NCBI GenBank assembly: GCA_973895155.1
Contig: OZ316895.1
Location: forward strand, 458,107 to 522,106
Source: Marsupella aquatica
Taxonomy: Eukaryota; Plantae; Marchantiophyta
Length of the DNA stretch: 64,000 nt
Direction of reading: 5' to 3'
Part shown: positions 38,748-51,400 of the stretch, piece after piece
How the letters are laid out: every line of letters begins with the position of its first letter
How positions within the stretch are numbered: the stretch's first letter is position 1
Notes under the pieces: model-generated
Seen by the model: only the letters and a program-made list of their open reading frames with translations
Told to the model about the DNA's origin: nothing
The model's database searches: none
Program-made: the position numbers and the translations under genes

Positions 38748-40515
38748 TAATACGGCACGTTCGATGCTGTCTAACGGATACGCACGAGTGGCGCAATTTA
38801 TTCAAATCTCGCCCACTAAAACTAATGGGACACATAAAACTTCAAAGCCAATACAGCAATTCCAGATGACTTAATCAATGCACTCCTTCCCGTGCATTCT
38901 CCGTGAATATTCCGTGGCCTGTCGTGCGATTCAGGCGAAGAATACAATATTAACGTTTCTTTGGCTGCGTGCGAAGCAGCTAAACAATTATACGCCACTT
39001 GACTTTGCAGCTAAAAAACAAGTCACTTTTGAATTGCGGAGGATCTTTGAACTCATAGCTAGCAACAAGAACGTGGTGACAGACAAGGTCCTGCCCTTCT
39101 GGTTTAGTTGTGACATTAATTTTTCGTCAACCGTCGAGAATAATTCAGCATTGGAATCGTTGCTTAACTGGTAGCCTCGGCGTTAGAAACCTTGGTGGAC
39201 TGCGAGTTTAGTGAAAGATGGGGATGGGAAATCCCCCAGAGCTCCAGAGAGGACGCCTGGATGAACGTTTGACTTCACGTGTGCATTCTGAAGCGAGAGT
39301 GGAAGAGAACTTCAAGGGAGTAGAATGATGGAGATGGTGTTTTGATACACCGCAAATGAAAGACGCGGATGGGAAGTTCCAGTCTTTTACAGGAACATTC
39401 CCGACACGTGTGCATTCTGGTGCCAGAATGGGTCGAAGAAAGCGTTCTGGCAGTAGAGAGATGGCGTTAATTGCGTCCGGCGAATAGGCGTGAGCGAACG
39501 TTTTGGGGGTTGCTCTGTTCATCGGGTTCAAACAAATGTGCTCCTAATTGTTTTATTAAGTTCAAAAGGGTATTTGAAATAGAATTGGTTATGGTTGTTC
39601 TTCGGGACATGGGGTCGATTGACAATGACCCTGAAGTGTCACTTATGCCAATTGTGGGGCTCGTCTGAAAAGGCGTCTGGGTTAAATGAACGGTACCAGA
39701 CCCAAGTGTTCGGTGTTGTTCACAAGAAAATCTTTCCTCGGCCCTCCCTGATGAAGGTGTCGTGTTGTGACGACATTTTAGTGCCCCATCACAGATACTG
39801 CTTTGAAACTATCAATCTTCGTGCCTTCAGCCAGATTATCTCTGGTATGGAAGTGGGAATAAGTTTGTTAACTGCAAAGAGATCAGTTCCAGCTTCAGAG
39901 CCAGAAGTTTTACTTCAAGAACAGTTCAGGTATTGGGTAGAGAATTGTCCAAGGCAGTACCATAATTTTGTGCAACCAACAAAGATTAATTGCTGAAGTT
40001 TTCTCGAAAGATAAGACAAAAATATTCAAAATCCGATAGGTACATACGAGGTCCGAATCCATTCCGGCTGCTTGGGGCATTCTCGCTGTACAGCGCTCCA
40101 CTGCGGATTGGGATTGATTTTCTACATGGGTGGAGACCTTCATTCTCTGATGACGAGGACGTGAAAAAGACAACTTCACCACACGAAGCAAGTCACTTGC
40201 CGCTTCTCAAACTCTTTTTACGCACTTGAGAATGCAAAGACAATATAATGCAAACCCATGGCTGGGAATACCGCATTGCTTTCTTCTAATCTACCTTCAA
40301 AAAACGATAGCGGGTTTGGAGAAGAAGAGGCTTGAAGTAAACATTTTCTTCTCTGCGGCACCACCATGTGAGCATGACGCGCCACGAACTTGAGCTAAGG
40401 ATTGGGTAGAACTCATCGCAATCTTGGTAAAAACTTCCTATTACTTACAAAATTTTAGAGCTGATTACAGAGTACACAATCTCTAAGGTGTACTGCTCTT
40501 TATGTCACCTTTATG

Positions 40516-43500
40516 TCATTGAAAACCTTGACTTCCAATGTTGCAAAGCTTTTGAACAGCTTCGAGGCTACCGTTGGCATTGCGGGTTTTGTCCAGAAGT
40601 TTGATTTCATATAGCTTTGGCCACATCTTGCCTGTAACTGTAAAATATATGACAGCTTTCAGAGATTAGCAAAATCCCGAAGTCCATACATATCTTGCCA
40701 TGGTCAGCTTTGTCCAATTCGGAGCTGAATACAGTAACAAAATCTCACTAACGGTACCTTGCTAAACTTTTTCCATTATTGCAACAACTGACGGACGATA
40801 ATATATACTAGGCTCCAGAGATAGTACTGTCTCACTAGTACCACATGATCCACGCAAAGAGTCTTGATTACACAAACCCGGGACTACCAGAACCTAAAAT
40901 GGTGGAAAAACGTCCAAATCAACAGTGATAGCTCAGTGCAGACCCGCAATCCTCATCAGACATGTAGAAAACAATCGTGTCTGAACTAATCAGACTCATC
41001 GGTAGTCACGTACCATAGATTTTATCTTCTTCACTGTCCCAAGCAATGCCATTAAGCACATCCAGGCCCTGCCAAAACAAAATGCCACACAGTTCACAAC
41101 GATCGGAGAAAAACCACAACCTAAATTAAGTTTGCTCGTTACTCAGATTTTGGCTTGGATGGAATGAATTTTACAGTGGGTGGATATCCATAGCAGCAGT
41201 TTTTGGAGTCTCCTTAAATAGGTGGAAGTGTAGGGTGCCCACACTACCCAATTCGACAAGGAGATAAAAGAATCTAGTTCGAAAGATACCTCTACACCAG
41301 CTGCTAGAAGTTTATTCCTGCAACAATACAAGAAAGCCCGCAGTTTCCTATTAGTAGCAAAACTTAACCCAAATAAAAAGCTTTCCTTGACACCAATCAT
41401 AATACAGCCTGTAGTTATCTATTAAGAGTCCAACAGTTTGACATACCAACAAACTTGTGGAGCAGGTCGTAGAAGTAGAACAGACTTCTACAATTGTATC
41501 AAAACATTGCATTTCAAGAAGAGTACCTCAAACCATGAAGTATAATCCAGCCAGTGACCTTGCCATCCTGAGGAGATATTCTTGCAATGCAACCTCCCTG
41601 AAGAGTGAACATGTGCACAAAACCTCCTCATGAGAAAACATGGCCTTTCTTACAACTTACAACTGAGACTTCACAATACATTCCGCAGAAGTTAGGAAAG
41701 GGATTGGGTAACCCAAATCTTCACGTCAGGAGATATCATACGGCCCATCTTACTCCAATACATCTTGCAGGGAATCTGATATTAAAACCTTGATAGTGAA
41801 ATTCGTGATGACTGGAGTTATTTCCTTGCCATTAAATTTGCTTACCTGCCAGATGTTCGCCCATATTTCATTATGAACATACTCGAGCTCATTCAACCAA
41901 CCAACTTCTCGGTCGCCATCCGTTACAGTCACAACCCTGACTTCTGCTGGTACAGAGCACTCTCGAACAGTTACTACCAAAATATTTGAATGCGAATACA
42001 GTTACGACAAAGGGTAGTGCCGTTCCATCCAGTTCCTCCCAAAAGATTGACCTCCCCAGCAATGGGTTTTCAGTGAGATAATGAAGGGTTTGATCTTAGG
42101 TTATGTGATACTCTGTTGATGTCCCTCCCACGCACAACACTTCAGTAATGATCCGCATATAATCAGAGTCTTCTCATTTCCCGCAACGACATACAGAAAG
42201 ATCTCTTGCTTGCAGAATCTCACCTTCAAATGTGTCTGGATCCATAAAGTAAAGTTTGGAGGTGCCATCGCTGCCTATGATAAGATTATTGCCAGTAGTA
42301 AGGCCCCATCCATCTTGCATCCCATGAGATAATTCACCGTTCTGTGCATGAATACCAAGAGAAATCGTTGGTGTGTGTGAACTCCTAGATATCTTTCTGC
42401 CATGAAGTCTACACAACCTCGGGCAATCAACTTATCGGACAATTGGCTAGAGTAAAGATTCCCTCTTTTCTCCGAGTCTCCATGACCCGGCCTATCAACT
42501 TTATTAGATAATTAACTAGAAAAAGATTCCATCCCGTTTCTGAGTCTTCCAGTATCTTGGTTACTGCAATAGGTTGGTTTTTTATATATTTCCGGTCTCT
42601 AGTTCATTAGCCTGAACTGGCTAATGACCTGAAGACTGGAAGAACATCAAGAACCAACCTTTCAATGACGAGGGTTTGTGACAGGAAGGTTCAGTTCAGT
42701 TCAGTTCAGTTCATGCGACAATCTGATTGCACTAGTTCCTTCCACTCACAAACCCCTCGTTAATCCTGTCAATCAGATCACTTGAAAAACTCCCATGGTA
42801 CATGCTCCAGGAAGACTTACTGGAACCAGGGTTTCCTTGTCGTAAATTAAAACCTTTCTTTCCTTCCAGACAACTTGCAACAATCTGCATCATGGAAAAC
42901 GTGGTCGTAAATTAAAACCTTTCTTGCCTTCCAGACAACTTGCAACAATCTGCATCATGGAAAACATGTTCAAGAGCTTAACAGAAGGAAACCGTAGCAA
43001 CCTGTCAAGTAACATGTACCATCCGTATCAGCAACCACGAACTGTTCCAGAAATTCAAAACATACCTATCCTTCCAAATCGTCAAGCCTTCTCCGAAATC
43101 CCGAGGTTTCATCCGGTGTTTCCGCCGAACCTGCCCACTATCCAAATGTCTGGTGTTTGTTACTCTCCTTTATAATAGTATAAAAGAATACAATATCTGA
43201 CATAACTCTCACTGACATCAGTGCAGGTATTCGCGTAACAATCTCGTTATGTTATCCTTCATCAGAGAGCAAGCATAAAACGACGAATTTCTCAGTTCAG
43301 GACATAAATGGGTAAACTGGGCGGCAGGATAGGTGCCAAAAACTTGTAGCACAGGCAGATAATTTGAAAAATTCTGTAGCGAGAGCTGACCTCCCCAGTT
43401 CGAAGATCTACTTCCCGCACAGATGACTGCAGTTCCACACGAGAAGAATCAGTCAGAAACTGAGAAATATAAACTCCGGCCGAACCAAATTGTACGTCAA

Positions 43501-44698
43501 GGCTGTTAGTGTCAGTTCATACTACGACGTACCTTTGCATACAAGCCTGTTGATTCATATAGCGTTCCATTGCCAGCATATGTAAGTCCCTGCACACGTA
43601 ATTTAATTCAATACCGATCTCTCTCAATCAGTGAAAGATGTCGTGCTCTTGCCCAAATCAGGCATTTGTGGTCTTCATTTGATCAAGCTGGAGTGATTTA
43701 AGTCAACCAAAGCGGTCCTCTCTCTGTAACATTCTCTTTTTCAGTGAGGGACCAACACATAAAAGCCTTAATGGCCCGTCTCGGCTTATGAGGGGATGCT
43801 TTATATCTATTTCTGGAAACAACCCAAAAGAGGGAAAGGCAAACTACATGGCCACTTTTTCACCCTCTTTTAGGTTATAAACCCAGGACGTCAGTCTGAC
43901 CTTGTCATCAGTGAATAAGATATTTGCAGAGCACAAAAAACTAACCTCTTCAATACTTTTAATAGGTCCCCATAAAGAGAATTGCATTCATGATTTGCTT
44001 CCCTGTGACTACAAAAGAATGCAACTAGTAGTTTCCACACTTCTAAGACCGAATCTTCAGTTCATGTAACAATGTCTCCATCCTAGACCTTTGCCCAACT
44101 CTACATTTCTTACATTGTCCAATATACCAACAATGACTCGCTCAACATCTACAGGCTACCGAACCTAAATCGTTATGGACTCATGTTATCGTTCACTTTC
44201 CAGAATACGAACTTATGCTATTCTTCCTCATACACTTCCTAACAGATTACTTTGCTCTTTATGATAAGTTAAACCGTGAAGCTGAGAATTCAACAATCGT
44301 GAAAAACAATTCACCTGAGTGAAGGCGCTGGGATCGTGATGGAACTCCCGAATAATCTTGTAACCATAAACAGCCACACTGTCGTTGAGTTCCAGAGGAT
44401 GATGATCGGACAATTCAATCTCCCTGTCGATCTCTTCATCAGCAGACAAGGTTGGCTTCCGTGAAGCCTTTCTGAGGGAAGCATGGCCCGGCCTCAACGT
44501 GAACACAAATATCGTGAAAAGAGCCAACCCGAAAGCTACCAAAAGGCCGAGAACCACTGAGGATTCTGCACAGCTCCGGCCAGCTGCGGCTGCCGGCCTC
44601 TTCAGCCTATTCCTCCGCATTCCTACAGACGCAGTAGCAGAAGAAGTAGATGCGGCAGATGACGATGGTTTCCGACGCAGCCGAGCAGAATTGCCCAT
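40516..44698 (-). CDS. QCT: Glutaminyl-peptide cyclotransferase (plant-type glutaminyl cyclase), ~11 exons
   Basis: GT-AG exons: 44698-44315 (TM anchor..HDPSAFTQ), 43589-43533 ([12 protein letters not shown]), 43426-43391, 43130-43066 (FGEGLT), 42884-42821, ~42341-42224 (DGWGLT..SDGT), ~41944-41846 (LNELEYV..IWANIWQ), ~41598-41527, ~41317-41289, ~41069-41013 (DVLNGIAWD), ~40637-40516 ([12 protein letters not shown]..stop). Confidence 0.95.
42839..42966. repeat. 65-bp tandem duplication copying the splice acceptor and start of QC exon 5
   Basis: gtcgtaaattaaaacctttctt.ccttccagacaacttgcaacaatctgcatcatggaaaa occurs at 42839 and at 42904. Confidence 0.9.
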
Positions 44699-45360
44699 TC
44701 AATCAAGGAACGCTTTCTGTCTGTGGAAAGTGGACTCCTCTCAGGTGAGCTCGCCACAGAAACATCTCCACTCGTTTGGTGGGCACTCAGGCTTATTACT
44801 CCTTTCAATCCGTAATTCCGTAGTAACGATCCGTGTGTTTAATTCTCCAACGCCGGGCAACAACTGCCCCCTCGCTTGGCACACCTACCCTCGCAGAATT
44901 CAATTGCTGCACAGCGAGTACTGTACCGGATGCTGCTGTCTTGGAGCCGCCTGGAGTGCTGTCTAATTTGGCAAACTCCTGCATCTTATGATGGGTTGCA
45001 GTGTTGCGCAAGTGTGAACCTCCATGGAAACAGGATTTGATTTGACGGGGTTTGGAGTTCGGCTTTGCTGCAATCATACGTTTTGTTATGTTGTTGCTCT
45101 CTGGTCTGCTGTACTTTTGCGTCGTGGGTCTATACTCCAGACAAATACACCACTAAGTACTGTACTTCACTGGTCAGTCTCTGGTTTGATGTGCTATCAA
45201 TCTCTGGTTTGATATACAGGCTATCGTGGGTAAGTGCATCAGGTATAAGTGCATTCTGTGGGTAACTAGAGGTACTTTGTGTAGGCGGCTTATATCCGGG
45301 CATTTACTTTTTGTAAATGCACCCAAAAATGCACTGTGAATGCACCAAAAAATGCATTGT

Positions 45361-47796
45361 TTGTAAGTGCAAGTTGATGTCACTAAATGATAGATACAAA
45401 AACTGCATACACAACCTCTTTGGGGACGATCTGGCTATGATTATTAGGGTGGTGATGGAGTTTGTCAACAACAGCAAGAGGCTGTTGGATTGTCTTGGCC
45501 GGGCATTGGGTTATTCTGCATCTGGGAAAAAACCAAGGTGGCCTTCATCTCCCCTAGAAGGATCCCCATTGAATCATACGCTTACCTTGGAAGTGGGAGG
45601 ATGCCATGACTGCAACCGAGCTTCTGGGGCCCCCTTTGCAAATGGCATCTTGGAGTAGCAGATGATTGATAATCTTGCTGCAGAGTTGGAATCTCAGCTG
45701 GATAAGATCCAAAAGACCTCTAGATCCCTTGCAGCTGTGTCACCATTGTCAACCACCTTGTCTTGAGTATACTCTGACAGGTTGTGTTGATGGTATGGGC
45801 CGGGAAACAATGCACCCTGGATGCTTTGCAAAAGAAGATCACACCCTTCATTTGGGCTGGGCAGAACGAGAAAACACGACCCCAAGTCAATTTTGCGATG
45901 ATTTGTCGTCCAAAGAGATTTGGGGGATTGGGTCTTATCTCACTCTCGGCACAATGCAGGGCTCTCACTAGGAACTTTATACTTTGGGCCATTGCTGAGG
46001 GTGACCATCCTCTTAGGTGCATAAGATCAAGATGCTCTCATTAAGGAAATGGGGAACTGATGATTTCTCATGGGTGGTCTCTGGATGCCACAATCTACCT
46101 CAGGATGGCTCACAAGGGTGGGTCAACATTTGCAATGGGTGGAACGTGATCAAGCAGAATTTGAGACCGTCTGCTCCTGCCACATGGAAGGTTGGCTTGA
46201 ACTTCCTCTTTGGAGACCGCATCTTAACCACATCAACCACAAGCTGGCTAAGTGCTCTAGGAATCCCCATGGGAGAATGAGACGTGCTGGCATTTGTTGC
46301 ATGAAGGATGTATTGAGAGGAAAATAATGGGCAGTTTATCCGTTGGGAAGATGGCCCCTTCATTTGCTTCCGAGAAATTGTGCAGTGGTGTACACAAGGT
46401 TGATTGACAATCTTATTATTGTACCAAAGCTTCACTATAATTCACGACAATGGATTCCAGTCTTCATGGAGGCAGAGCTACCAAACGACACTCTCTTCAT
46501 TTGGGAATACAAGATTCAACGAAACCACATCACCTCCAAATGGCAACTATTCCATGATTCTTTTATCCCAGTTACAACCTTTAGAGTCCTCAATGGCATA
46601 TTGCACAGGATGGACACTTCTGCCCCCCCCCCCCAACCGGGTACCTTGCTGCATAGGGTGGTGGTCAAGTCACACACTGCTACATCGACCACCATTTCAA
46701 GCATTGGAAGACCTGTCAATGAGTTGGTTGTCCTGATGCAATATGAATGATTGGATGGATGGAACCCCTTTGATGGAAACTAACACGACAACCTGCAGGA
46801 AATCCAGGGCCCTCTCACGATGACTGTGCACAAAACAGTGCAAAAGTGGGCCACACAACTCAACTGGAGCCCCAATCTTAGGTTTTTGTGGGCCAACACT
46901 TGGATTCCATACAAGGCAGCGTCGGAAAACTATTTTCTTTGGCAACTTATTTATCAAATTCCAGCTACCAAGCATTGGAGGTTCCCAAAAATACCACCAT
47001 CCAACCCCATTACCTAGTTTACACGATGTGATCTTGACTAGCATGAGGACCTCATGCATTGCATGTGGGGCTGCCCAATCTTGTCATTGATCTGGGGTTG
47101 GGTCCAATTTGTCTTGCAGCATGTGAACTACACAGGGAACACCCTAATACTACTGTAGTCAGCTCACATTTTGGTGGGGGAGGCACTCCCAGGCGTCTAG
47201 GACACACCAGGTAAACTTTGACACATTGAGAGCTATTGTCTGCTGGAATCTATGGAAGGACAGGAGCTCACATTTCATTGAGCATACCCGGTCTAATGCT
47301 CAAGTGGTCATTCAAAAATCCTGGCACCGACTGGCTATTTACTTACGTAAGGATTGGGGCAGACAACAGTTCAAAATTGAAATTGGCAAATCTACGTATA
47401 GAACATTGACTTTCAACTATGGGTCTTGGGTTGCAATATGGGAAATTCATGAGGACATCTTATAGATACCATCTATTCCCCCTAGCCCCTCATGAAGGTC
47501 TTTACTTTACAGGAGTAGAAGTTGTACTGTAGGCTAGACTAATAGCTTCATCTATCACGGACCCACTGTTGGGTGCCCCGTCGGCACCTATCCACTGGCC
47601 GGTCTTTTGGGAGTTGTGCGGTGGTTGAATTTCTTGTTTGGCTTCCTTTCTTAGGGCCTGCTTCTCTCCTGGTCTCGACTTCCCCGGTCCTTTAGGTTTT
47701 TGGACCTCTGGTCCCCCAAGGTGCCGACCCCTTCTTGTGGGCCACCCATGTTGTATGCTGGATTTTTGAATGAAATTCAATTGGTTTTTTGAAGCA
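45361..47796 (+). mobile_element. 5'-truncated, decayed L1-type LINE nested in the left end of the giant element
   Basis: RT motif IHNLFGDDL (FADD-like), LGAPF, FIWAG..CRPKRFGGLGL, zf-RVT-like LWANTWIPYKAASENYFLWQL..EDLMHCMWGCP, IVCWNLWKDR; flanked by direct repeat AAAAAATGCATTGT (45347-45360 / 47797-47810), a candidate TSD; many frameshifts. Confidence 0.88.
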
Positions 47797-47867
47797 AAAA
47801 AATGCATTGTAGTCGACAAGAGTGCATAAATCAGCCTATTCATTAAAAGTGTATTATTATTTTATTT

Positions 47868-48192
47868 ATGTACATTTGGGCAGTGAAAAGTGTACTTTTG
47901 GGCTTGGAAAAGTGTACATTTGGCCAATGAAAAGTGTACATTTGGGGATAGAAAAGTTTACAATTGGCCTAAAGAGTGTACATTTGGGCAATGAAAAGTG
48001 TAAATTTGAACATCAAAATAGATACATTTGGCTTTAAAAGTGTACATTTGAGTACATTTGGCCTAGAAAGTGTACATTTGAGTGCAAAATGCATACATTT
48101 GGCTTAACAAGTGTACATTTAAGTGCATTTGGTCTAGAAAGTGTAACTTTTAGTGCAATAAAGTGTACATTTGGCCTAAAAAGTGTACATTT
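47868..48192. repeat. Left subterminal array of AAAGTGTACATTT(GG) motifs (>10 copies, ~22-bp spacing)
   Basis: Seen directly; the same motif recurs at 60812-60891. Confidence 0.9.
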
Positions 48193-48444
48193 GCCTACCA
48201 ACTCTTATTATAATCATTTAAAAGAAAGGAATGAATAGAAAAACATTTTTAATTATGTAGAAAAAGCAAACATTCATATTTATAATGATCAAAAGTTTAG
48301 AAAATGAGGAGATAGTATCACATTAAAACTATTAGAATAGTAAATAACTAGTACATAAATTACTATGTTTGAATGAGTGACTATCTTAGTTACATAAAAA
48401 CTAGTAACTATCTATTTAATTATTATAGCTTCTAACAACTAAGT

Positions 48445-51400
48445 CTACTTGTCCATCCTTTGAAGATAATTTTGGACAGTTTGTAGAACATTTCGAGGGA
48501 TCTTCAAACCTCTGCCCGCCATGTTTTCTTCTTTCATTCCAGATTTAAAACCATACATTGCAGAATTTGCATACTGCCAATGTTGAGTATTCTCACCAAA
48601 CCCTGGATCTCGTTCCCATGTCTTAGTGGACATGAAACAATTTAGATACCGCGCACTCTCAGTCACATCAAGTTTACTAGAGTGTTTAGGCCTCCACCAT
48701 TCAACTGGGAACATTGGAGCGTACTGTCGAGGCAAAGAAGGGTTTGTTGAAGATGTAGTTGGGACTTCATGCTTTGGGTCCACCAAACCCAAAGCTCTCA
48801 CCAACCAGAAATGACCTCCACCATTTTTATTCTCCCAGTCATCCTCGGGTCGAAGAAATACAAAGTTTCCTTCACAAATATCTTGTAAAGGAATCCATCG
48901 TCCTTGTTCTCTCTCAGCTCGAGATCCAACAAATGGTGTTGCTTGATCTTCCATCTCTTCCAAGACCTCATTTTGAAGAGCCGTCATCTCTGCATTCTCC
49001 TCATCTTCACTTGGAGGACCACTTTGTTCCGGTTGGTTGACCTTGTAACCAGTGCCGTGGTTAGTCTTAGGCCAAAATCTGTTTTCCAAGGGAAATTGAG
49101 TACTTCCCTCCCCTTCTAGTGCGAGCCCATTTGTCAACAACTCCACAATTCTCTCCCAATATTTCACAAGAGGAAATCTTTCCTTATATGCTATAGATGT
49201 CTCATCAGTGCAACTCCTTCTCAAAAAATCAAGGTACTTGTTAAGAAATGGGATAATCTCTTCAGATTTTTTGTGTATCTCTCCAATGGATTTAGCTAAG
49301 GGCTCTCCACTTGGTAAAAGAAGAGAATTTGTTGTCAGATCTGTTGCCCAAATGCACCTTCCACCAACTGGAGCCCAAGCTTGCTTTACATGGGACTTAT
49401 ACTGAAATATTGGTACATTATCTCTCATAGAGAAAAGAAATGATACAGGTTTTGAGTGACCTTGAATATCTTTCACCTTGAAAGTTTGAAGATATTCTTT
49501 GTAAGATGCAACTTCTTGTATCAATCTGGGAACTGGATGAATGCTCTCGCATTCCCATACCTCTGCCATAAGAGCAAGGAGGGTTGCAACTTCTTTGTGC
49601 TGAACTTGATATGATACCTTTGAAAAGAGTGCATCAACATCTTCATGCGTATGACCAACCATTAGAAAAGACATTTGAACAGTTTCAAATACTCCTCTAC
49701 TCACAAGCTCGCTACAAAATGCCATGACAGTCTGGTTTTTGTTGTCCTTTGCTGAATTATCCATCTGCAATGTTAGGTGCCTTGGCAAGGGCTTGAACGA
49801 TGGACTGCCTTGCTCTCCTTGCATGTCTTCTCCATCATCCTCATCTTGCTGGTTTGGGACGGTCTCAGTCCGACTCTCAGCTCCATCTTCAGAACCAATA
49901 TACCTATTCACCGGTATATTCTTTGGTTCCAAATAACCCGTCAAAAATGCTTCAAAGTCAAGTAGGGCTTGAAAGAAAGGTCTATGAGGTTCCCAATGAA
50001 GGCCATCCAACATGTCACCTGTCTTGTCTCCATTGTACTCTTCAAGGTCTCGAAGACACTTAGCCAAGGATGTCACCATGAAATCGGCATCTCCTGGCCA
50101 AAGGCCAGTGACACTACAGTGTGCATAAACTCCTGGATCCCTCCCGTGGGTCAACATCCCTGTGAGAGCAATAGGTAGCGGCATTCCATGACCCGAAAGA
50201 GATTTAGGAGTACTAACCATTTTTGGAATCCATGTCTTTGCTTGATCCATCTTGTCGTGAATAATGCAAAGATATTCTCCTAGGTGTTGTTTGGCCATCA
50301 CTCGATGAGCGTAGTAAACATATCTACGTGACATTTGCTCACGAAGATGTTGCGCTCGTTTTTCTTCAATTTCAGCACGTTCTTTTTTCCTTCTTTCTCG
50401 CATCAAACTGTCTTTGTATTCACAACAAAGAGTACACTTGGCAAATGCACCATCTTTATGAAAACTGAAGTTTGCAAATGAGTTACTCCAGATCTTGTAG
50501 AGAGTATTCTCTGTGACAGGAGGAAGCCCTTCTTCCTTCATCTTTGTTCTCACATCTTCCAGAATCTCTAGCTTTTTGTAACACGCCGGAAGATGGTACT
50601 CAATAGAGTCTGTCCCATGTGCCCCTCCATAAGGCATATGAGGCATGGGCTCTGCATTTCGAGTCAAAAAAGCCTCCAACAGAGCTCGTGCATGCAAGGT
50701 ATTTGCCCTTGTTTTCATCAAGCCCGTATTGCCATGGAACCCAATTTTGCAACCCTCCACATATCTCCTTTTGTAATCATAATATTTGGTGTGGCTAAAA
50801 CCGTGGATAATTGCAAATGCATGTCTGCATACGACCATACCCTTAAGAACATGGTGTCCCTTATCACGAACATCATCCTCTCTATAGTGAAAGAGGTTGA
50901 AAATGTGTGACGTTTTTGACTCGCTTGACATCCCATGAAATTCCATCCTAATATCTTCAATGTTTTCCCTTGGCATAATGAGACAACATTTTTGCTTGCA
51001 ACAATTTTCTCTTTTCACGTCATCAATTGACGCCTCTGTTGTTTTTGAAATTGCCTTGGTTTCCAACAACCTCCTCTTCTTTTCATTTGGATCTACTTGA
51101 TTCCTCTTGTTAAAATTGTAGGGCCTTGAACGCAGTACTCCTCTATCACTTACATCCGCATTGAGTTCATCCCTATCCATTGAGTCCATCCTTTCAGAAC
51201 CTTCCACCAAAATGTTTGACAAAAATTTTCCATTTGCAACTAGTTTTGTTGAATCAATCCGCCATCGAATCAAACTCACTACTCCCTTGTGGATGTTGGG
51301 AAAGTATTGTGCTGCCACGACATCTTTCACAGCAATCCCAACATGGTCATCACCAAGAATTTCATCATCAACTGCCGCCGTCACTTGAGGGACAGTGATC

